From the NCBI GenBank assembly GCA_028826165.1, contig JAPDFW010000080.1:248001-312000 (forward strand): a stretch of DNA of 64,000 nucleotides. Reading direction: 5' to 3'. Shown piece by piece: positions 26,057-39,502 of this stretch. The stretch comes from Anaeramoeba ignava BMAN. Its lineage: Eukaryota; Protista; Anaeramoebae. Numbering within the stretch: the stretch's first letter is position 1; each line of letters opens with the position of its first letter. The position numbers and the translations under genes were made by a program. The notes under the pieces are model-generated. The model did not search any database. It was not told the origin of the DNA and saw only the letters and a program-made list of their open reading frames with translations.

Positions 26057-27371
26057 ATGAATTTAGCAGACTTTGTGATTAATCCCAAACAAATCAGTTT
26101 CAAAAGTTCCGAAGAAAGACCTACACGAATCATACGAATTTTCAACAAAAACAAATCACGAGTACGGTATCAAATAAAATCCAATTCACCAAAGCATTAT
26201 TCAGTAAAGCACACAAGTGGAGATATTGAGCCAGATTCAATGACGACGATACCAATAACATTAAAAGAACCAATAACAACGGATTGCAAACATTTATTCA
26301 AAATTGAGATTTTTGAACCAAATAATGAAAAAGCTATTTTTTCTAAAAAGATTCCTTCTCAATTGCTTGTTGATTCTCAAAGTGAATCTCCTGAACCAAA
26401 TGATACTCAAAATGATGATGAAAAAATTCCTGATTCTCCTCCTAAAACTTATCCTTTTAATTCTTATCTTAAATCTGTTAAAGGTTTTTTCAGAAAATAT
26501 GCCATTTTTATTCTCATCTTTTTTTTGATTAAGTTGATTGCAAAAGATAAAAGAGCTTGGGTCACTTTTTTTATTGGTAAAGATGATTCAGAAATAAATT
26601 CTTTTTTAATTTTTAATTTTGATATCAATTTTAATTTTAATTTTAATTTTAATTTTAATTTTAATTTTAATTTCAATTTTAATTTCTATTTTAATTTCTA
26701 TATTAATTTCTATTTTAATTTAATTTCTATTTTAATTTCAATTTTAATATCTATTTTAATTTTAATTTCTATTTCTATTTTAATTATAATATCAATTATA
26801 ATTATAATTTTAATTTTAATTTTAATTTTAATTTTAATTTTAATTTTAATTTTAATTTTAATTTTAATTTTAATTTTAATTTTAATTTTAATTTTAATTT
26901 TAATTTTAATTTCAATTTTAATTTTAATATCTATTTTAATTTTAATTTTAATTTTTGATTTCTATTTTAATTTTAATATCAATTTTAATTTTTAATTTTA
27001 ATTTTAATTATAATTTTTATATCTATTTTAATTATAATATCAATTTCTATTTTAATTTTAATTTTAATTTTAATTTTAATTTTAATTTTAAATTTAAATT
27101 TTAATTTTAATTTTAATATTGATTTTAATTTTAATTTTAATTTTAATTTTAATTTTAATTTTAATTTTAATTTTAATTTTAATTTTAATTTTAATTTTAA
27201 TTTTAATTTTAATTTTAATTTTAATTTCAATTTTATAAATGAATTATAATTTTAATATCAATATCAAACTTAATTTTTAATTTAAATTTTAATTTTAATT
27301 TTGATTTTAATTTTTTAGGTGCAATTTTCGGTTATTTTTATAATTTTATCAAGGGAATCCTAGATAAATAA
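26057..27371 (+). CDS. MSP-domain membrane protein (VAP/MOSPD family)
   Basis: INPKQISF...YQIKSNSPKHYSVK..GDIEP MSP fold. Intron 26577-27318. Two C-terminal hydrophobic segments; TAA at 27369-27371. Confidence 0.85.
26605..27312. repeat. Intronic (AATTTT)n
   Basis: MSP gene intron. Confidence 0.95.
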
Positions 27372-27808
27372 TTCTTTTCTTTTAACCTTTTCAATACTTC
27401 TTTTTTGAATCCTTTCAATTCTTCTTTTTTTAAAAAATTTTTTTGAAGAATTTTGATTCTTTTTATATCCAAGTTCATTTGGTTCCTAATAATCTTTTCT
27501 TCTTTTTTTCTTTTCTTTTTTTTTTTTACTTTCTTTTTTTGCTTTCTTTCTTTTAAAAAAAATTTAACAAAAAAAAAACAAATTTTGATTTTTATTTTTG
27601 ATTTTTAATTTTAATTTTAATTTAAAAAAAAAGTTCCTAAAAAATTTTTTTCCTTATTTATTTTAAAAAAAAAGATAGTAAAAAAAAAAGGAGAAAGAAA
27701 TTTTTTTGTTTGTTGAAAAAATTTTTCTCAAAACCTTAATTCCAAAATTTTAAAAAAAAAAAGCAAAAAAAAAGAAAAAAAACTTTTTTTTGTTGTTTCA
27801 AGTTAATC

Positions 27809-28871
27809 TTAATCAGAATCAGAATCAGAATCTGAATCATGACTATCAGTATCATCAGTTTCCAAATATTCATAATATTCATCCTTTTCAGCATCTGAAT
27901 CAATTTCAGGAACTTTATCTTGATAATCTTGGTCACTTTCATCTTCTGCTGTTTCAATTGATTCATCTTCTTCATCACTAATTGAAACTTGGGCTGTTGG
28001 AGGATATTTAATAAGATATTCTGCAATTTCTTTATTATAAATTTCTTGTAATTGTTGTTGTTTGTTTTTATAAACCTAATTAAAAAATAAAAATTAATTT
28101 AAAATTAAAATTAAAATTAAATTAAATTTAAATTAAAATTAAAATTAAATTTGAAATTAAAATTAAAATTAAAATAGAAATTAAAATTAAAATTAATATT
28201 TTTTAATGAAGATTTGATTATAGATCTTGTTGTTAATTATTTTTTTAAAATTAAAATTATATTTATAATTAAAATTTTTTTCGGAATAAAAATTATCAAA
28301 AATAAAAATAATAAAATTAATTAAATTAAAATTAAAATGAATTAAAATAATTAAAATTAAATTAAAAATAATAAAAAAGAGGGTAAAAATAATAAATAAA
28401 AATAAAAGAAATGGTGATCAATTAAAAAAAAAAAAAATTAAAACAAATTAAAAAAAAAAAACAAAAAAATTTTTTTTTGAATTTAAAATCAATAAAAAAC
28501 AAAATACATCCTTTTGTTCTTGAGGAAGATTTTTCCATTCTTGACCAATCATTTTCGTGATTTCAGATCCTTTAATTTCAGGATTTTGTTCTTTTATTCT
28601 TGGTCGACAATCTTGAGCAAATAGGAAATAAGCATTTAATGGTTTTTTTGGAGGAGACGGTATTTCAATTTTTTGTCTTTTTTCTTCTTCTAGATTTTCA
28701 GTGTTACTTTGTTCAAAATTTCCCATCAAAATTTATAAATAAAATGCGGACGAATCTTAGTTTTAATTTATTTTTTTTTTCTTTTTTTTTTTTTGGGGTT
28801 TTTGTTTTGATTTTTCTTTCTTACTCTTCTAATTTTGTTGGATTTTCAATTTTTCGTTTTTTATCTTCCAT
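27809..28871 (-). CDS. HMG-box protein with acidic tail
   Basis: PKKPLNAYFLF...EITKMIGQEWKNL. Intron 28507-28076. Probable first exon 28871-28825 spliced (GTAAGA...AAG, 28824-28707) in frame; alternative start at 28726. Confidence 0.88.
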
Positions 28872-29068
28872 AATTTTTTTTTTTTTTAAAGTGAAGAAAA
28901 AAATAACAATTAAAAATTTTAATTTTTAATTTTTATTTTTTTTTTTTATTTTTTTTTTTATTTTTTTATATTTGAAATGGCAAAAAAAAAAAAATAAGAA
29001 AATATTTTAATTTCATTTTTTTAATTTCATTTTTTTTTTCATTTTTTTTTAATTAATTTTTTCTTTGA

Positions 29069-32000
29069 ATGTCAATCACTTTAGCTTTTAAATGGATAAA
29101 TAATACTTTTTTTAAAAATATTTCAGAAGAAAATACTTCAATTCAAATTGCAAATGTTTTATGTCAAGTTTTAAATGAATTAGAATCAAATTTAATTCCA
29201 AAAAATTTTGAGTACACTATTTGCAAAATTAAATATAAAATTAAATATAAAATTAAATATAAAATTATTTATAAAATTATTTATAAAATTATTTATAAAA
29301 TTATATATAAAATTATATATAAAATTAAATATAAAATTAAATATAAAATTAAATATAAAATTATTTATAAAATTTATTTATAAAATTAAATATAAAATTA
29401 TTTATTAAATTAAATATAAAATTAAATATAAAATTAAATATAAAATTAAATATAAAATTATTTATAAAATTAATTATAAAATTATATATAAAATTATATA
29501 TAAAATTATATATAAAATTATATATAAAATTATATATAAAATTATTAATAAAATTATTTATAAAATTATTTATAAAATTATATATAAAATTATATATAAA
29601 ATTATTTATAAAATTATTTATAAAATTATTTATTAAATTATTTATAAAATTATTTATAAAATTATTTATTAAATTATTTATAAAATTAAATATAAAATTA
29701 TTTATAAAATTAAATATAAAATTATTTATAAAATTAAATATAAAATTAATTATAAAATTATTTATAAAATTATAAAATATTTTGTAATTTTTAGAACTGA
29801 GACAGGAAATAACTTATATCATTTAATTGTAGGATGCAGAAATTATAAAATCGAAGAAGAAACTCTTTTAAATCTACAAAAAAATCCAAGTTTACAAAAT
29901 TTTGCAAATTTGATACTTTTGATTAAGAAAAAATATGAAAAAAATAATTCAAATATAAACGATAAAAAAAATTTTCAATTAAGAGATTCATCCAATCTTT
30001 TATATAATTCACCAACTAAAAAAAATACAAAAACAGAAACAAACGTTTTTTTAAACAAAGTTTTTGATGAAGAAATTAGTCAATCTATTAAACAAAAAAA
30101 CATCAAAAATGAAAAAGAAACAAAACAAAAACTAAACAAAATTGTAACCAAACATTTTGGATTTGGAAAAGCATCTTTTAACATTCTTATCCCTGTTTCA
30201 AACCATTTAAATGATTCAACAAAAATAATTGGTGGTTTATTTGTTTTAGAAAATTCACAATTCAAAATTATTATATCAGGAAAAGTTGCGCTAAAAAGTG
30301 AATATCACACAAAAAATTTAGTTGATTTAATTAATATTTCATCTGATAAAAAAACTATTCAATTAAGAGTTATTCCTGATAGTAAACACATTTCATTTGA
30401 AGTTGCAAATGAAGCAGAACGTTATATTTTGATTAAAACATTTGAAATGTTTCAAGAATATCATGGAAAATATGTTGAAGGATATTCGATCAATGGAAGG
30501 ATATTGAGTGAAAATGAAGAAATGAAAGCTATTATTCTTAGATGTTGGAGCGGTAACCAAGTTGCATTTCTTGTTGAAATTATGGATAAAAATGGATCTA
30601 GAGATCAATCTTTATTAAGACTTGAAAAAGAAAATTTTCACATTCAAACAAAAAATGGAAATAATTTATCTTTTAATTGGAGAAATCAATTTATGAAATT
30701 TTCAAAGATATCTGATTATGAAAGAAATCAATATGCGATTAAGATGGAAATGATTGATGAAAATTTCAACAATGAAAATATCAAAAATCAAATTGAAAAT
30801 CAAATTAAAAATGAAAATCAAAATCAAAATGAAAATCAAATTCAAATTGAAAACGAAAATGAAATTCAAAATCAAAATCAAAATCAAATTGAAAACGAAA
30901 ATGAAAATCAAAATGAAAATGAAAATCAAAATCAAATTGAAAATCAAAATCAAAATCAAAATGAAAATCAAAATCAAATTAAAAATCAAAATCAAATTAA
31001 AAATGAAAATCAAAATCAAATTAAAAATGAAATTAAAAATGAAAATCAAAATCCTATCCTCCTTATGTTCTGCTCTTCTCCTCAAAACCAAGAATTAATT
31101 CTTCAATGCATTCAAGTTTTCCAACAACTTTCAACAAAAAATAATCAAAATACTATTGAAGAGGAATTGCAAAAAAATTTTAAAAAACAACAAATAAACT
31201 CTATAGAAAATATTCCAAAAATCAATGAAACTAAAATTATATCACCATTACAAGATATTGAACCTACTCAAAAACAAGAAAATTCAAATACACCGAATTT
31301 AAACTCAAAACCAATATTTATCAATCACGAAATGTTACAAAAAAATTTTTTTGTATTATATAAAGAAAACCAAAATCATATTTTTCCTTTACAAAAAAGA
31401 AACTTCATAAACCCAACAAACATAAGAAATATACATCAAAATACAACAAATACCACAATGAGTAAAATATACGAAAAAATTAATCATATTATCAAAAAAG
31501 GAGCATACCAATTCAAGGTGTTTGATTCCAAAAATGAAAAAGTAGCCATGAAACTTAATCTATCATTCCACGAAATGCAATTAAGACATAAACAGGAAAT
31601 CCTATTTAAAAAACATTACCAAACAAATGACAGATTATTTGCCAATATAGAAACAACAAAACAATTGATTTTCAAAATTGATTCGGAAAATATCTTCCAG
31701 ATAAATGCTGAAGATGAAATACAAAGAGATGTGATTCTAAACACATTTCTTTTATTTCAGAAAGAATATTCAAAAGAAAAATCTTCAGAAAATACATTCA
31801 ATTACCAAGATATTAAATTATTTAGCTATCCAATCCTTGAAAGCTTCGATGTCAATTTATCTGGTTTATATAATTTTATTCGCGAATTTGAATTACCTAC
31901 AAAAAGCCAGTATGAAATTGTTGATGATTTGAATGAAAATGATGATGAATATTCTTTTGATTTTTATTCTTTTTGCTCATTGAACCAATTTGGCGAATAT

Positions 32001-33290
32001 TCACAAAATATCACCATTTTTTTAAAACAGAATTTTTTCACAATCCAATTTTTGGATCAAACAAAAAATATCAAATATTCGCGAGAATACTCGCCCTATT
32101 CGCATATAATCCCAGATCAAAGCAATGGTCTTAAATGTAAACTCAATGTGGATGAAATATCATATGTTGAATTCTTTTATCCAAGCGAAGATCACAAGAA
32201 GATATTTGAAAAAGAATTTGAACAAAAAAGGATGAACAACATAAAATACTTACAAAATCAGATTTTTTCATTCTCCTGTATGATCTTAACAAAATCAGGA
32301 AATAGCTTTGCAAATATCACTTTGGAAAACGATTGTTTCAAAATCCACGAACAAGATCATGAAGCGGTTTATGAATACCAGTTTCATAACTACACAAGAA
32401 GAATGTCTGAAACAATTGTGCAACTTTATTTCCAATTTTCATACTTATATTTAACACTTCTTTTTAAGAATAGAGGAGAAAGTGATATGTTTATGCATGA
32501 AATGAGACTGAAGAAAGCAAAATATCTTTCTTTCACAGTTGGACAGAATTTTTTAGGCTATTTTCAAGCCGTTTTGATTTGGAAAAAATCTAAAAGACAA
32601 AATCAACTTTGTGTCACAAAAATCATTTTAACTCCTTCAAATATTGTTTTCATTTCGAAATTGTTCCGATTGGTTGTTGATTATCAAGACTTTGAATTCC
32701 ATTCGTATAAAAATGGAAAATCAAATACAATTGAGTTCGAAATCAAACAATTTACTAAAAATTACCTTAAATTTAAATCCCAAGAAATAATGCATGATTT
32801 TATATCAAAAATTCAAAGAATTAAAAATGTTTATAAAAATCAACAAAAAATCCATTTTGATGTTAGTTTCATTTCAAATCATGATGAATATCTTGATGGG
32901 ACTTTACAAATTCATTTATTCGACTTATCTTTATTTAAAGAGAAAAAAATTAACTTGAAAATTTGGGAAACAAAACTTGAAAATTTTGAAAATAATTCTT
33001 ATTGTTCATTAAAATCTATTCATAAAAATGAACAGTATTTTTTTCAGTTCAAAAATCAAGAGGAAAAAGAAAATTTTAAACGTTTTTATTTTGAACGTTA
33101 TTTGGAAGTTTATTTGAAAATTGATGAAGATTTAAAAAATTCAATTGGAAATTTAAAAACAAAAATTATTTTACCAAAAGAAAGATTTGAATCAAATTCA
33201 AAAGAAAAAGAAAAAGAAAAAGAAAAAGAAAAAGAAAAAGAAAAAGAAAAAGAAAAAGAAAAAGAAAAAGAAAAAGAAAAAGAAAAATGA
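29069..33290 (+). CDS. Calponin-homology-like N-terminus followed by several PH-like modules; KE-repeat tail
   Basis: Exon 29069-29211 (KWIN...IANVLCQVLNEL) is spliced over 29212-29794 to NLYHLIVGCRNYKI and continues into ORF 29910-33290. Internal ~100-aa repeats. Confidence 0.75.
29225..29775. repeat. Intronic 12-mer (TTATTTATAAAA)n and variants
   Basis: CH gene intron. Confidence 0.95.
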
Positions 33291-33614
33291 CAGAAAAAAT
33301 TGTTTTTTTTTTCAATAGTAATTAATAATTGACAACTTAGTTTTAAAAAATTTTATATTTTTTTTATTATAAAAAGTGGATGTGAAATTTTAAAAATAAA
33401 AAAGAAAAGAAAAGATCAAATAAAAATTAAATAAATTAAAAAAATAAATAAAACGTCATTTATGACTTTTATTTAAAATTTTTTTTTATTTCTCATTTTT
33501 TTAAAACAAAAATTTTTTTCATTTTTTCATTTTTTCATTTTTCATTTTTCCATTTTTTTTCAATATTATTTATTTAAATAAAACAAAACAAAAAAAAAAC
33601 AAATTTTTTTTTCA

Positions 33615-36600
33615 ATGAGTGATTCAAGTGAAGATGAAGATTGGAGTGATTGTGAAGTAGATTCAGATGAAGAAACAGAGTCTATTAAATTTGAACAATC
33701 AAATAAAAAAGAAGAAGATAATCAGAATCTAAAACAAGTCGCCTCAATTCCATGGAATCCAAATCCGGAAGCTTGGGGTGCATTTGTTTCACTTGTACCA
33801 AAATTTCCTCATGTTGATCTTATTGGAAAAGGTTTTATATTTATATTTATATTTATATTTATATTTATATTTATATTTATATTTAGATTTATATTTAGAT
33901 TTATATTTATATTTATATTTATATTTATATTTATATTTATATTTATATTTATATTTATAATTATATTTATATTTATATTTATATTTATATTTAGATTTAT
34001 AATTATATTTAGATTTATATTTATATTTATATTTATATTTATATTTATATTTATATTTATATTTATATTTATAATTATATTTATATTTATATTTATATTT
34101 ATAATTATATTTATATTTATATTTATATTTATATTTATATTTATATATATATTTATATTTATATTTATTATTATATTTATATTTATATTTATATATATAT
34201 TTATATTTATATTTATATATATATTTATATTTATATTTATATTTATATTTAGATTTATAATTATATTTATATTTATATTTATATATTTATAATTATATTT
34301 ATATTTATATTTATAATTATATTTATATTTATATTTATATTTATATTTATATTTATATTTATATTTATATTTATATTTATATTTATATTTATATTTATTT
34401 ATATTTATATTTAGATTTATATTTATATTTATATTTATAATTATATTTATATTTATAATTATATTTATATTTATATTTATATTTATATTTAGATTTATAT
34501 TTATATTTATATATATATATTTATATTTATATTTATATTTATATTTATATATATATTTAGATTTATATTTATATTTATAATTATATTTATATTTATATTT
34601 ATAATTATATTTATATTTATATTTACATTATTTATATATTTATATTTATATTTATATTTATATTTATAATTATATTTATATTTATATTTATAATTATATT
34701 TATATTTATATTTATATTTATATTTATATTTTTATTTATATTTACATTTACATTATTTAAATATTTAGTTACTTTTGGAAGGAATTCAACTTGTAATCAT
34801 GTTATTAATGATGAAAGAGTTAGTGGTTTTCATTGTTCTGTTTATCGAGATATTAATGAAAAATCTGATTCTCCAAATCCTTTTTATATTAAGATAATTG
34901 ATAATTCTTCGAATGGAACTTATGTTAATGGAACTGTAAATTTTAATTCAAAAAAAAATTAATTCAACAAAATCATTTTATACTTTTATTTCTTTTAGAG
35001 ACTTGTTAAAAATGAAGAAAAAATTTTATTTCATGCAGATAAAATTTCTTTTATATATTCAGATATAAATCATACAGAACCAAGTAATTTTTAATTTTAA
35101 TTTTAATTTTAATTTGAATTTTAAATTTGATTTTAATTTTAATTTTAATTTTAATTTTAATTTTTATTTTTAATTTTAATTTTAATTATAATTTTAATTT
35201 TAATTTTAATTTTAATTTTAATTTTAATTTTAATTTTAATTTTAATTTTAATTTTAATTTCAATTTTAATTTTAATTTTAATTTTAATTTTAATTTTATA
35301 AATGAATTTTAATTTTAATTTTTAATTTTAATTTTAATTTTAATTTTAATTTTAATTTTAATTTTAATTTTAATTTTAATTTTCAATTTTAATTTTAATT
35401 TTTAATTTTAATTTTAATTTTAATTTTAATTTTAATTTTAATTTTAATTTTAATTTTAATTTTAATATTAATTTTAATTTTAATTTTAATTTTAATTTTA
35501 ATTTTAATTTTAATTTTAATTTTAATTTTAATTTTTAATTTTATTTTTAATTTTAATTTTAATTTTAATTTTTAATTTTATTTTTAATTTTAATTTTAAT
35601 TTTAATTTTCAAGATCCTTGTTATCGTTTTGAAGATTTTTATGTTCTACCTCCAACTCATCATTGCGTAATTTATAATTGAATTTAGATTCAAAAAATTC
35701 AAAACATTTATTTAAAAAACAAAATTGAAAAATTAATTAGTCTGATATAGAAGAAACTTATATAATTGGAGAAACACTTGGAGAGTTTGGAAATTATTTA
35801 AATAATTCCCTCTTTTAAAAAAAATATTTACTAAAAAATTTCAACAAAAAAAAATATTTTTAAATAAAATTAAGAGGACAATTTGCACAAGTTAAATTAG
35901 TTAAAGATAAAGAAACAGGAATTGAATATGCAATGAAAATCATTGATAGATCAAAATATATTTCTCTTAATAACGTATTTTTATCAATTCAATGATTTTT
36001 TAAATAATTTTAAATTCATTCAAAAATACTTTTAAAAATACAAATGGAAATATTTAGTCTATTGAAGCAAATAGTAGTAAAATTATGAATGAAGTTAAGG
36101 TTCTGAAGCATATTAAGCATCCTAATATTGTTTGTGTTAAAGATGTGTACAAAAATTCAGTTAATTTATTTCTTATACTTGAACTGTAAAAATTAAAAAT
36201 TAAAATTAAAAATTGGAAATTAAAATTAAAAAATTAAAATTAAAATTTAAAATTGAAAATTAAAAATTGAAATAAAATTGAAAATTGAAATAAAATTAAA
36301 TCAAAAAAGATGTCAAGGAGGAGATCTTGGACAACAAATTAAACAATTTGGGAATTATGATGAAACAAATTCTAAAATTATTTTTCAACAAATTATGTCA
36401 GCAATTTCATATATACATGACAAAAATATAGCACATAGAGATATGAAGGTTTGTAAAACAATTAAATTGAAAAATAATATTTATATTCAAAATAATATTT
36501 ATATTCAAAATAATATTTATATTTAAAATAATATTTATATTTAAAATAATATTTAAATTCAAAATAATATTTATATTCAAAATAATATTTATATTCAAAA

Positions 36601-39211
36601 TAATATTTATATTCAAAATAATATTTAAATTAATAATATTTAAATTAATAATAATATTTAAATTAATAATAATATTTAAATTAATAATTATATTTATATT
36701 CAAAATAATATTTAAATTTAAAATAATATTTAAATTTAAAATAATATTTAAATTCAAAATAATATTTATATTTAAAATAATATTTAAATTGAAAAATAAT
36801 ATTTATATTCAAAATAATATTTATATTCAAAATATTATTTATATTCAAAATATTTATATTCAAAATATTTATATTCAAAATAATATTTAAATTTAAAATA
36901 ATATTTATATTTAAAATAATATTTATATTTAAAATAATATTTAAATTAATAATAATATTTATATTAATAATAATATTTAAATTGAAAATAATATTTAAAT
37001 TAATAATAATATTTAAATTAATAATAATATTTAAATTCAAAATAATATTTAAATTCAAAATAATATTTAAATTCAAAATAATATTTAAATTCAAAATAAT
37101 ATTTAAATTAATAATAATATTTAAATTAATAATAATATTTAAATTCAAAATAATATTTATATTTAAAATAATATTTAAATTAATAATTATATTTATATCC
37201 AAAATAATATTTAAATTGAAAAATATAGCCGGAAAATATTTTACTTATATCACAAGATAATACAACTAGCATTAAATTGACTGATTTTGGTTATTCTCGA
37301 TTTGTTTCTGAAGTTGAAAATAAAATGTATACTTATGCTGGAACTGTTCATTATTTAGCACCAGAAGTTATTCAAGATGCTCAACGAGGTGGTTATTCGA
37401 AATCTTGTGATATCTGGTCATGTGGTGTTATTCTTTATTATTTGTAGGAATTAAATCAAATATTTATATTCAAATTAATATTTAAATTAAAAATAATATT
37501 TATATTCAAAAATAATATTTATATTCAAAATAATATTTAAATTAATAATATTTATATTCAAAAATAATATTTAAATTGAAAAATAATATTTATATTCAAA
37601 ATAATATTTATATTCAAAATAATATTTAAATCAAAAAAAATATTTATATTCAAAATAATATTTATATTCAAAATAATATTTATATTCAAAATAATATTTA
37701 TATTCAAAATATTTATATTTAAAATAATATTTAAATTCAAAATAATATTTAAATCAAAAATATTATTTATATTCAAAATAATATTTATATTAAAAATAAT
37801 ATTTATATTAAAAATAATATTTATATTCAAAATAATATTCATATTAAAAATAATATTTATATTCAAAATAATATTTATATTCAGAAATAATATTTAAATT
37901 CAAAATAATATTTAAATTAATAATATTTATATTAAAAATAATATTTATATTAAAAATAATATTTATATTCAAAATAATATTTAAATTAATAATTATATTT
38001 ATATTCAAAATAATATTTATATTCAGAAATAATATTTATATTCAAATTAATATTTATATTCAGAAATAATATTTAAATTAAAATTAATATTTAAATTAAT
38101 AATATTTATATTCAAAATAATTTATATTCAAAATAATATTTATATTCAAAATAATATTTATATTCAAAATAATATTTATATTTAAAATAATATTTATATT
38201 TAAAATAATATTTAAATCCAAAATAATATTTATATTCAAAATAATATTTAAATCCAAAATAATATTTATATTCAAAATAATATTTATATTAATAATATTT
38301 ATATTTAAAATAATATTTATATTCAAAATAATATTTAAATTCAAAATAATATTTATATTTATAATAATATTTATATTAATAATAATATTTAAATTAAAAA
38401 TAATATTTATATTTAAAATAATATTTATATTTAAAATAATATTTATATTCAAAATAATATTTATATTCAAAATAATATTTATATTCAAAATAATATTTAT
38501 ATTAATAATAATATTTATATTCAAAATAATATTTAAATTGATAATAATATTTAAATTAATAATAATATTTATATTAAAAATAATATTTAAATCAAAAATA
38601 ATATTTAAATCAAAAATAATATTTATATTCAAAATAATATTTAAATTCAAAATAATATTTATATTTAAAATAATATTTAAATTAATAATAATATTTAAAT
38701 TCAAAATAATATTTATATTTAAAATAATATTTAAATTAAAAATAATATTTAAATTAAAAATAATATTTATATTCATATTTAAATAAAAGATTATCTGGAG
38801 ATCTTCCTTTCCGTGATCAAAATGATGAACATATGCCAACTACAACAAGAATTGTCAAAGGAAAATATACTTTTGGAAAAAAATTTAATAACATTTCACC
38901 AGCTGGTTTGGATTTAAATCAATTCAAAATTTTAATTTTAATTTAAATTTTAATTTTATTAATTTTTAATTTTGAATTTAGCTAAAAATTTAATTCGAAG
39001 ATGTCTTACAATTAATCCTTCACATAGAATTACTGCTAAACAAGCTTTAAAACATCCTTGGTTAACTGGAGAATCTGAAAAAATTACAGATGAATTTGAA
39101 AATGTTTGGATTGATAGAAGAACTCAACGTTTTAATCAAATTTCTCAAAAAAGAAATCAAAATCATAACAGATTTCAACTACAAAATTCAAGATTTAAAG
39201 AACAAAAATAA
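33615..39211 (+). CDS. FHA-domain CAMK-group Ser/Thr kinase (Chk2/Dun1/Fhk-like), 11 exons
   Basis: FHA: [25 protein letters not shown]. Kinase: LGEGQFAQV, AMK, HRDMKPEN, DFG, YLAPE, DIWSCG. Introns 33832-34768, 34936-34998, 35084-35613, 35667-35740, 35785-35874, 35975-36057, 36186-36309, 36449-37228, 37444-38789, 38906-38981. Confidence 0.93.
33834..34755. repeat. Intronic (TTTATA)n
   Basis: Kinase intron 1. Confidence 0.95.
35086..35608. repeat. Intronic (AATTTT)n
   Basis: Kinase intron 3. Confidence 0.95.
36465..37222. repeat. Intronic 18-mer (AATAATATTTATATTCAA)n
   Basis: Kinase intron 8. Confidence 0.95.
37455..38782. repeat. Intronic 18-mer (AATAATATTTATATTCAA)n
   Basis: Kinase intron 9; same unit as intron 8. 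Confidence 0.95.
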
Positions 39212-39502
39212 TTTTTCATTTGATTTTTTTAATTTCACTTCATTTTTACTTTTTTTTTTTTGATTATGAATGAACATTTTTTTTTTGTTACTTCTTGAAT
39301 TTACTCTTAAAATGAAAGAAAAGAAAAGAAAAGAAAAGAAGAATTTAAATTATTTTCTTTCATTTATTACTTTTTATTGATTTTACAAGAAGAAAATTTT
39401 TTTTGTGTGAATTGAATTTCAATAAAAAGAAGAAAGAAATTTGAAAAAGAATTATTATTTATTTTTCATTATTTAAAAAATTTAAAAAATTTAAAAAATT
39501 AG

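Noticed and set aside
27800-27811. Stop-codon reassignment (TAA/TAG read as Gln)
   Set aside because: Conserved genes end at TAA, TAG or TGA at expected positions, and multi-kb exons contain no in-frame stops.
28076-28507. Less repetitive HMG intron as a snoRNA host
   Set aside because: No convincing C/D (RTGATGA/CTGA) or H/ACA arrangement on the sense strand.
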